Shown piece after piece: positions 12,862 to 22,687 of a stretch of DNA of 29,510 bases. The position numbers were made by a program, and so were the translations under genes. This stretch comes from Trichoplax sp. H2. Its lineage: Eukaryota. The first letter of the stretch is position 1. The number at the start of each line of letters is the position of its first letter. Where the stretch lies: the NCBI GenBank assembly GCA_003344405.1, contig NOWV01000187.1, positions 124,001 through 153,510 on the forward strand. Reading direction: 5' to 3'. Under the pieces are notes generated by a model. It made no database searches, had not been told where the DNA came from, and saw nothing but the letters and a program-made list of their open reading frames with translations.

Positions 12862-13236
12862 ATTGTAGCTATAACGTCCAATATAAAGACCGTGTCTATA
12901 CGTCGGAAATAAACTCGAAAAATTACAGTGCTTGTCGAACCTTTTGCAAGGAGGATGGAGATTTGGCTATTGTCAATAACGAGGAGCTCACTAATATTTT
13001 TCATGGCTTATATTTCCATTGGTCTATAACGGCTTGGATTGGTCTTGAAGATTTATTGGGTAAAACTGATGCTGAAAGCTATATCTGGGTAGATAATTCA
13101 ACAACCAGCGCTTACAATGATTGGGCATTTCCTACCGTACTTCTATTTCGCTGCGTTATGTTATACCCTATTTTTGGCAGATTTCAATGGTATGATACAT
13201 CATGCAGTACGATGGGATGGTGTTTATGCGAGAGAG
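12862..13236 (+). CDS. Gene B exon 4: C-type lectin-like domain 2
   Basis: aacttag|AT...AGAG|gttaat, 375 nt, phase 1-1. Motifs CRTFCKEDGDLA, AWIGL, WVD, RCV, WYDTSC and LCE. Confidence 0.9.
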
Positions 13237-13415
13237 GTTAATATGATTGTATGGCAGTAATTACTTGTAGAAGATTAGCTACTCTAGTTGATGTTTGAAA
13301 ACATTTTTGTATAGTTAATAAAACGTCATTTCCCCTTAAATCTTCGGATAAGTAATGCACGACTAAATTTAACTCCTTGTAATAATTACATTTATTTTCT
13401 TATCTTCTCAATAAG

Positions 13416-13520
13416 CTGCACAAAATTATTCCATTACTGTTCAAGAACCATCTCTGCCACCATCCATAGAATTCTACTTGTATAATACCATAGCAATCAT
13501 TCAAGGCAGTGCAAATTCAG
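13416..13520 (+). CDS. Gene B exon 5: linker (AAQNYSITVQEPSLPPSIEFYLYNTIAIIQGSANS)
   Basis: Pyrimidine tract then aataag|CT...TCAG|gtaaat. 105 nt, phase 1-1, open, same position as the other linker exons. Confidence 0.75.
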
Positions 13521-14565
13521 GTAAATTAGAAAGTAAACAAAAATTAAAAGAAATCAAATTCAATAGCAGAAGAGAACTAGTTCAATATATCAGAGATCCT
13601 ATTAACCAATTAAATCACAAATAGTAGTTATATCAAAATTTGAATTATATATAAGGTTTGGCGCTTAGTAGTTAATAAATGCTTCTTCAATTTCTTATCA
13701 ATTTATAAAAATTTTCTGCTGATTGGAGCAAAGTTTTACGGTAGTATAGAACTGTAACATTTAAATTATCCTGTCAAATTTGATTCACATTGGTAGCATT
13801 CTAGAAAGATTTATGACTGTAAATTAGTAAATTTATTAACAAATACCAATCACAAGTATTTCAACTTTTAGATTACGGTAGATTTGACATTCAAATTAAA
13901 AGTGAGATAACTATGCAATAATTTATTATCTTTCTCTGCTACTTGTAAAGTTTCGGCAGATTACGCATAAATTCTATTTTGTGACAATTTATAAGTAAAT
14001 ATTTTGTAAATAAACTTTCCCATTCAATTAGATGTACTACAGAGAGACTAGTATACAGAATGTAAAATTACGTATTTTATTTGTTACTTATATTGCAAAT
14101 CATCACTTTGTTCAAATTTTAGATTGAAATGCGTTTTAAGATGATATTAACAAATGCTGTGCTTTATATCTCAGCTATTTAAGGAATTTTATTGAGAGTT
14201 CATGTATATTGTAGTAACAGCTTACAAGTAATGATGGTAACAGTCAGCTACCTAATTTAATTATATTTATTATGTATAGAATAGGAATTGTAGGAGTAGG
14301 AACTAGTGGCTTTAATAATGATTTGTTAAATCAAATATCGTAACGCAACAGATTGAAAAGTCTTAATAGGCTTTTAAAATGACTTTGTTTGCATGAAGAC
14401 TAATGTTACAACGATTAATATTTTGACTGATGGATATTATCCTGATCTCTACAGCTAATTCATGCCGTTCCGAATGGTTTTATAAATCGTAACTCATTAA
14501 CAATATTATCTTGATATGCAATCATTAATTTATTTTACATTGGTTACTTTTATAAAATTATATAG

Positions 14566-14759
14566 TGCAAGTTTCCTACCAGTTTGTATCAACGATGGAA
14601 ATTAGTTCTATACCTTTGAAATCGTATAATGGTATTTCTCGTAGTCAGTGCGCTATCCGTTGCGCCATGGCTACTCTATGCAGTCAGTTTGGCTATACTA
14701 ATTCCCAAAACGAAAACTATGCGAATAATTGCCATTTATACGTAAATTCCTCTAATTGA
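14566..14759 (+). CDS. Gene B exon 6: PAN/apple-like domain (full product 384 aa: SP-CTLD-CTLD-linker-PAN)
   Basis: tatag|TG, phase 1. Encodes SYNGISRSQCAIRCAMATLCSQFGY...NCHLY. The six exons sum to 1155 nt in one open frame. Confidence 0.85.
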
Positions 14760-15880
14760 ATGTCATCATTGCACAAGCTTCAAGTAAAGACATCAAAGTA
14801 AATGGAGAAAACTGAGTGTGTCATGGTGAATAGTATGATAATAATTATTACTTACAATTTATAATGTCAATTATAATTCAAATAAGAAATTGATAAATTA
14901 ACTCATTTCCGTTAGATTACCATGTTTTATATAGGTTCCAAAATAATCAGTCTTTAAACTCTTTCTTAGCTTAAGCAATGTAATCGATATACTGTACTTG
15001 ATGATTAGTCAATCAGCTACAGAATTATCCAATTTATTGCCAATTTTACAATGTCATTATAAATGTCGTCAATTTTGATTTAATGGTACGCTTGGAAACT
15101 ATATTAGCAATGACATGTTTGATATATATTTTATGTGAACTTATAAAATGACCTAAAAATAGTTATATTAATCAATTTATTCAATTCAAATAGTAATTTA
15201 GACTGTAATATTTGATAAATATACTCAAATGAAACGGCATTGGATATCACGAATCCGTAGTTAAGATGCGATTAGGCAACGTCATTATGTTCTGTTGCAA
15301 AAATTTACTTTCAAAGATTTGAAGCTACTGCATGATCAAAATAGATTTAAATAGAACAAGACTTTAATGAAATGCTAGTATATATTTTCTTTATATATTA
15401 CTCCACCAATTCTTAGTAACTGGCAATCATATTAATATACAAAACGCAATTAGCAATCAATCTAATAAAAATCTGAATATTATTCCAATTAAATGATTTA
15501 TCATTTTTACGACCTTGTATCGATATGATATCATAGTTTTGATGAATACTATTATCGCATTTGGCAATATTGTCACATAAGGTAATTATGGATTGTTATG
15601 AACATATATTAGTGAAATTATAGAATAGGATTCCTTTTGGAGATTACAACCTCATGACCTGTGCGAGTAGATATCAAATAAGGAAAATAAAATACTGCGT
15701 GAACGTTTAATTTCAACAATAAAACTATCCTTCGTGTTCCTTAAAACTTTTGGTCCTGAAACAATTATATAAATAATTAGTGTGTGTAGTGCATATTGGT
15801 AAAAAAATAAAGATCTTTCACACTGTACTTATACCTTTATTTTTTAATGCCAGACCAGACTGAACCATGTATATCTGAAT

Positions 15881-17946
15881 TGGCTATCTTACTGAATTGC
15901 TAAAATAGTAATAAAACAGTTACTAACTACCATTCACCATAGTTTACAAATATCTAAATTGAACAATCTCATATTTTCCAATAGATAAAATTCTCTTTTC
16001 TTACTTATTATACTGCAAATTGCAAAATCATTTGAGAATTATTCGAGATTTATGATGTAGTAGAATCTATGAATTTTCAATTTATACAATGTTAATCTGG
16101 TGATATTAATTGATTGATGCAGCGGTGTTTAGTATCGAAATGTATAATCTTCCAACTTCCAGTATTTTTGATGTAAGTTCTACAGAATCGTAAACGTGAA
16201 TTTTTGTATTCACTTCTAGACAAGATCACTCCAGTTAATAGTGCAATTTCCTTTCGGAAAATTGTTTCTGAGAATTTTAAATGAAGCTGGACAAAGATAA
16301 TATAAAGATATTTTAGTAATAGTAAAATTTGGATAAACATTTTCTTGAATTTACAATATTTAAGTTACTCTGTGATTGATCTACCAATACCTGGTGTAAC
16401 GGCCGCTATTACTGCAGCTACGAGTAAAAGTTCACCTTTATTTGTAATGTCTTACTATGAAAAGAAAATCTCGAGAACAACAGGTTATATAGGATGTAGT
16501 GAAGTGGGTTCATTTATATCGGCTAACTCTGCAGGCGGATCTGCGGTAGCCATGATACTTTAATAGTAGTGAAGAGTTTGGAAATAGATAGAAGGACAGT
16601 CGCAGTGTGTGCTTAGAAAAGCCTTTATTTAAAAGGTGATATGCATAGGACAAACTTGATTAATATGCGAGAGTTAGTATCAAGAAGTGAAGTAAAGCGA
16701 AATGATCTATATTCTTAGAACGATCGAAAATTTATACCAATGCATAGTAATGTGATTACAATACTAAATTATACTCTATGTATTACTCTTACGACCTAGT
16801 TTTATCGTAAATAATTACTTGTAATACTTAAAAATATTTGATGTTAATTGTGTATTCAACTGTACTAAGATGGGTCGTTAATGGATTTCCATCAACGACT
16901 GTGTGAGTTTAGGCTATTTAATATAGGAATTATAAAGTTGTAATTAAGATGGCGAATGTTACACGAACAGTGCACCTCCGCAGGTAACAGTTAATTTATA
17001 GACGATTAATTTAATAATTATAATTAATATATTATAGTAACCATATACAAATCAGTATATAATAAGCTATTAATTTTGTTAGTTGATTAATTTGAAGATT
17101 GCACCTATTGGCTTAAGAAAGAATATATGTCCGTTCTTTATTAACTAAACTGAATTGCTGTATTTGATCTATCAGTAAGGCACACTATTAAATAAAAAGT
17201 TCACATAAAACTATCGTACTCATTCTACGTTTAGCTCATTTACAGTCTTAGAACTACGCAGAGTCACTTTAGACGTAAGATAGCTAAGAGATAGTACTTC
17301 AGTTTGGTCTCTGTGCCATAAGTTTGATTGTGACAATTACTGCATTCTATTGCATATTGCCAACATTATAAAAGTACGGTGCACGTTACATGTTATATAT
17401 CTAAGATACTACACAGGTAATATTCTATTTCTAGCGATTATGCAGTATATACAATCTTCTGAAGGCTATAATAAGTACTATTTCACTCCATTAAACTATA
17501 ATCCCAAATTTAATACCTGCAAATATTACCCCAAGTTAAGTAAATATCAATAACATAATACAAATAACATTGTCTGAGCATATTGTTATTTAAAGTAAAA
17601 TTATCAAATATCACCTACCCTCCTCGCTAGAAAGTAAACAATATGGCTGTAGCCCGAAATGCTCTTTTAGTTATCGCTGAAAGATGTATTAATTATTCCA
17701 TGTCTTTCTCTAGATCAAGCAATATTAACCTCAATTTAGTACTAACTTCTAGCTAAGCTACATAGATTTCATTGTCATGATTTCGATAACATTGCTAGAG
17801 TAGATTATTATGGACTTCATGGTATTGCATTACGTCAGTGTGCTAATGGATGCACTCAAAATAGATGGTGCCAACAATTTAGCTATCAAGGCTTTCTTCA
17901 AAACACCATAGATTCTAACGTTTGTACTTTATTTCTTCTCCCACTG
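15881..17946 (+). pseudogene. A2': inactivated duplicate of the 3' half of gene A2
   Basis: Linker exon (from ~16388) has its acceptor AG changed to AA (16386-16387) and a 919-bp insertion at its donor. A deletion equivalent to about 5982-6663 removes the PAN acceptor and first codons (junction ~17812). Confidence 0.85.
16495..17413 (-). mobile_element. Putative solo LTR, 919 bp, probably minus orientation
   Basis: Absent from the paralogous site near 5587. Termini TGTAGT...ACTACA form a 6-bp inverted repeat. Flanks TAGGA/CAGGT look like a decayed 5-bp target duplication. Minus-strand TATAAA (~16731-16736) precedes AATAAA (~16624-16629). No long ORF. Confidence 0.65.
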
Positions 17947-18771
17947 ACTGCCACAACTACCCTTGCGATACAAGAAAACAACACAGTACTTATAATAAAC
18001 TTCACGTTAATCCGCAGAACTACTTCCCTAGCCTACGGTATAGTAGTTGGAATTCTTGCGAAGTACATTATCGATAGCTTTGTTTGCCAAAAAGGTATAC
18101 AGGACCACATCAAAAAAACTATCCATACTATTCCCCGCGATTGTCGTATATAATTAGTCGTTCTATCGATATCAGTTATACTTTTATTTTCTCGATGTTG
18201 GTTAGAATTAGATAATACTGCAGTGAATAGTGAAAATCGTAAAGTTAAAGATATATTTAACTACATTACCGGTAACTGGAAAAGACTCTACAGAAGAGAA
18301 AAACGATTTAAATTACAGACCTTGATTACGTGTTCTTTGATTGCCTTCGTATTAATCCGAAAATAGAGTAATAAAGTTTCATCCGCTACTACCATAGTAT
18401 GCTAAGAAGTCCCTGCAAAAGAGATAAGGTTGAGCTGCAAGTTAGTAGCTCTTATACTTTATATTAGTAAACAGGTAAAAAATATCAATTTAAGGAAAGA
18501 TAATCAAAGAATGAGTTGAACCATAAATTCTTTAATTGTCTACATCCAATCAGTAAAGTTATGAAAATATTGATCAAAAGATATCATTAGTACAGTGCGG
18601 TAATAGATTAAAAGGCAATATGCTTACTGTACAATGATCATATGCATAAGTTAGCAAATTTTGAAGTACAAGCAGTCGTAGCGGTCGCTAGTAAAATCCT
18701 TCTACGAATTAAGGCTTTGGAAAAATAAATAAAATTTAGTTGTGAACTATTTCCTATTTCTTATTTACTAG

Positions 18772-19158
18772 ATTGTCCAGAATATTAATTCCAATATGAA
18801 AATCGTTACTTTGCTGTTGATATAAGTATAAATAACTTTGATAAGGCCCAATCTCAATGTAAAGCGACTTATTCTAGTGGTGATTTAGCTATGATCAAAA
18901 ATCTGGAATTAAGTACTGCTCTAACTGGTTATTTATTTTAGCTACCAACCAATGCTTGGATTGGCTTGCGGGATTTACATAACCTCGATAGTAAAGATTC
19001 CTTTGTTTGGTTTGATGGAAAAACTGCCAATACCTTTACCAATTGGGGAAATTTCTCTTCGAATTCTGATCAAAGTTGTGTCTGGATAAATTGTAGCTTG
19101 GAAAACAAATGGACCAGTACTAAATACAATTATGCTGCTTATTCGCTATGCGAATTAG
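18772..19158 (+). pseudogene. Unit C: disrupted CTLD2 exon
   Basis: Aligns with CTLD2 of B and D (QYENRYF, QC...GDLAM, AWIGLRD, SLCE). In-frame TAA at 18786-18788 and TAG at 18939-18941. The conserved Cys after W is Tyr (WTSTKY) and the donor reads G|gcattt. Confidence 0.88.
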
Positions 19159-19482
19159 GCATTTTCTTTACTATCAATGATACCGTGCTATCCCTACTTT
19201 CAATTAAATCTAACATCTATGTTATTAATTTACATGTTAAGCATGTTTAACAGTAAATCAGAAATCTGTGCTATTAGTTTTTAATGATAACGTTTAAATA
19301 CTTTTTTCAAAGTTAATCAATTTATATATAGGCTTTCTGTTTGGAAGCAATGTAACGATTTTATTTTAAAATCAATAGTTGCTAATTTATGCAGCTCCAT
19401 GTTATAACAGCCATCATAATTAAAAAAACTGTTGAATTTTAATTTGGATGGACAACGCTGCTGTAAATTTGCCTACTACTAG

Positions 19483-19637
19483 GTAGCAAAGCAATAAATG
19501 CAATTGAGCCTGCGACTACGCAGGCATCACCATCTTCAACTATTTTTCCGGTCACTTCCACACCATCATCGTCCTCAACATTACATGTGGTCATTCTTGT
19601 CTATACCAACAGCTTTCGAACACCAATGCTATTTCAG
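19483..19637 (+). pseudogene. Unit C: frameshifted S/T/P-rich linker exon
   Basis: actag|GT...TCAG|gtaaat is 155 nt, not a multiple of 3. The entry frame reads EPATTQASPSSTIFPVTSTPSSSST and the exit frame reads LYQQLSNTNAIS, consistent with a 1-nt deletion. Confidence 0.7.
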
Positions 19638-19807
19638 GTAAATTCTATGGAGAAAACGGTGGCAAGGTAGCGGAGGGATGCACAATGTATTTCACAATTT
19701 TTATATATAATAGTTCATGTAACATAGATGAAAGATGCTATTTTCGTCCAAGTAATCATTAAGAAATTAGAGCAAACAGAGTAATTTTAGTTCGTTTTTT
19801 AATCTAG

Positions 19808-20049
19808 TAATTCAAGTAATGTATACAACCATGATTCCACCAGCCGAAGAGTTAGTGCTACCGATCGCAAGTTTTACAGGTATATCCGTCCATCAGTGTG
19901 CTCATATTTGTACAGGCCGCCAGGTTTGTCATCGGTTTAGTTTTAAAGGAACGCTAGAGAATTCGACAACTGACAACATCAGCACATGTATCTTGTATAC
20001 CAGTGTGACAAAATCCGATCGCGAAAATTCCAAAGTTGTAGAAAATTAA
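19808..20049 (+). CDS. Unit C terminal exon: intact PAN/apple-like domain within a pseudogenised unit
   Basis: aatctag|TA, phase 1. Encodes SFTGISVHQCAHICTGRQVCHRFSF...TCILY, open to TAA at 20047-20049. Confidence 0.65.
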
Positions 20050-20931
20050 AACTTTATTAGATCTAATACAAAGACTAGCTACATACGGCTCTACTCTAGC
20101 CGAATATAACTATTGAAAGGCTTCTAGAAAGAACAATCACATAATCTAATGACTCCAGCTTCTATACTTTCCGTAGCCTTCGCTTCTACAATCGGCATAG
20201 CAAAATTCTACCATATTTTACTAATATTCAGCTTATTATTAGTTACACTATTTTACAGCGAACCATTATTAATCCAATATGGTAGTGATTACAGTATTTT
20301 CGTAGACATTATTCCTACCACTCAAAGTACAATGAACTAAGCCTATCTTAATATATGATTTGCAATTCTATTTCTGCCCCTAACCTTATTAGTCGCTAAA
20401 TATCTTACTGTATATAGTTATCTGTACTCTAGCATAGAGCCTATCCTTACAGTATATAATTACGGGCTACTAAATATATATCATAAGGCAAATATAGAAA
20501 AGATACTGCCGTACATCATACAAAATATGGCTAATAGTTTACAACCACCATACTAAGTTACTTTACAACTGGTACCAGCCATGATGTCTCCGCTTAAGAT
20601 TTAAAACTAAATATTCTATGACTGTAATCACCTTCAAGTAATATCTTCATACAAAAAACAGAAAAAAAAAGAATTGAATTTCAATACCGAGTTAAATGAC
20701 TTAAATTACTTTTGAACTAAATAAAAATATTTGCAAGATTACTTGATGAAATACCTTCACATTGTTGAATGAGATAAAAATTACTTTTGATTTTATATCT
20801 TAGAATAAAAGTTACTTCCTGCTTTAATACATTGGATAGTAGCTGATAATATAGTGTTTCTAAGTTTCTAGACTACAAATACTATAAATAATTAATGTAT
20901 GTTACCAAACCGTATACTAGGCTGTCAAGTA

Positions 20932-22687
20932 GTAACTTTACGTTCCTCCGGAAGTATTTATCTGCACTAATTTTCGGGTGATGAGTGTATCTGTACTACT
21001 TTATATGTTGGTATAAATGACAGTATACTGCTCATAATATGATCGATTCCCGATAATTTAGATTAATGCAGTTAAAATTTAAATTAACAAAGTTTTTAAT
21101 AAAGTTCGAATTTCATGATTTGATTCAGGTGAGCTTGTAATAATTTTTTCATCGTGATGATATCGGATTTGTCAATACTTAGAGTTATAATGCAAATAAA
21201 AGTCAGAAAGGGTAGGTCTAATAGTTGTCACGAGCTAGGAATAGCCCTAACTTGCAACAAGGATTGAGATAGTGATTTCTACGCTTTACTACTGTAATTT
21301 GGAATTCCAGACAATTGATATTCCAACGCAGTTAGGGTTTAGTACTAAGCCATTTCCTCTAAACTTAGGAATTGTACTTTGAACCTTAACAACCTTGGAG
21401 GTGATAGATATAATCCAGTTTAGCTGGTTGGCAATTACTATTTTAGTCTATGTAATCCTAAATTAAGGATATTAACTGTTAAACGCTAAAATTACAATTA
21501 AGGAGACCGTAGAACATTTCTGAGATATAAACATATATAGAATGTAAATAGAAATAAAGTATACGTCACGAAGATTACTTTCGTGACATAGTATATTGTA
21601 ATTTTAATACCCTCATTGCTAACTTCATTTTGAGACAAGGTATATAACAAACTGCTGTCGTATTCAAATTCTTATGATTAATCTTACTTTAGTTGCTAAA
21701 TTGAATTATGTTAGTACTTTCTTTATTTTATTACGCTGAGTTAACCTGTAAGGCCTGTTAAGCAGTATCGCAACATTTACGTTCCTCCAGAGAAAATTAT
21801 TAGTACTAATTTCTAAATTTACTAATGATGAGTTTATCTATACTAGTTTACGTTTCTGTATAGATAGCCGTATTCTTTAGAGAATGTTATTGTGACGGAG
21901 TATAGACTCCATCAATTAATTGTGGCATTAGCCTTGGTAATTAGTAATTAAGATTTTATCAATTGTTAATAACATTTATTTATTAGCTATGGGATAATTA
22001 TAACATTATTAGTAGTCTAATTACACTTGTTGTAGACTCTGTGCAGAGCAATGTGTTTACAGAAGTAATAAGTAATGTTCACGCCATAGTAATCTCTGTT
22101 ACTTTGTGCTGAGCCTTTGGTTGTTAATTGGCTCTTAATTAGTTCATAACTCATTAGTGTTGTTTACGCCGTTTGTCATACTAAACCATATAGGCAAACG
22201 GCTATACAAAAGCTGTATGTTTTAGAGTTGCTTACCTAAGCTGTGCACCGGGTGCAACCTAGCTAGGGTATATAAAGCCCAGCTCTCTCACTAGTAGTTC
22301 AGTTGTCGGTTGACCGTGGGGTCAGAGTAGTCTTGGATGGCAAGACTACCTTCGCTCAATAAAACTATTTCAAAGCCCTAAGACTAGTCTACGCTTAGCC
22401 CGTTGGGGGTATACTTGGCTGTTGTAGCCCTAGCATTCATACAAACTTCGAAGGCCCAGGTCTCCCTGTCGTGGGCTGACTACGACAGTTATCTATTTTC
22501 CATGAATTGATGTAGTTAAAATGTAAATTAAAAAAAATTTTTAATAAAGTTTGAATTTCATAATTTATTTTTGATAATTATTATTACTAGGACAAGTTTG
22601 TAAATATTGTAGCATCATGACAATATCGGATTTATCAATACTTAGAGATAAACAACATATAAATATCGGAAAGGGTGGATTTGATAG
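20932..22687 (+). repeat. Diverged ~300-bp intergenic direct duplication (20932-21224 vs 21772-21890 plus 22488-22687)
   Basis: Shared blocks tttacgttcctcc, tttttaataaagtt(c/t)gaatttcat and atatcggattt(g/a)tcaatacttagag. The second copy is split by the solo LTR. Confidence 0.85.
21891..22487 (+). mobile_element. Solo LTR of an LTR retrotransposon, 597 bp
   Basis: TGT...ACA termini. Perfect 5-bp target-site duplication GTTAT (21886-21890 and 22488-22492). TATATAAA at 22269-22276, then AATAAA at 22358-22363. The neighbouring duplicate copy lacks it. Confidence 0.88.

Noticed and set aside
20060-20480. ORF 20149-20340 with a hydrophobic stretch, and weak degenerate repeats (tatc(c)ttac.gtatata.tta)
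   Set aside because: It lies after the unit C stop codon with no splice support or paralogous match, so it is not a credible transmembrane exon. The repeats are too degenerate to define.
21565-21587. 8-bp inverted repeat GTCACGAA...TTCGTGAC
   Set aside because: A single short hairpin with no supporting context.
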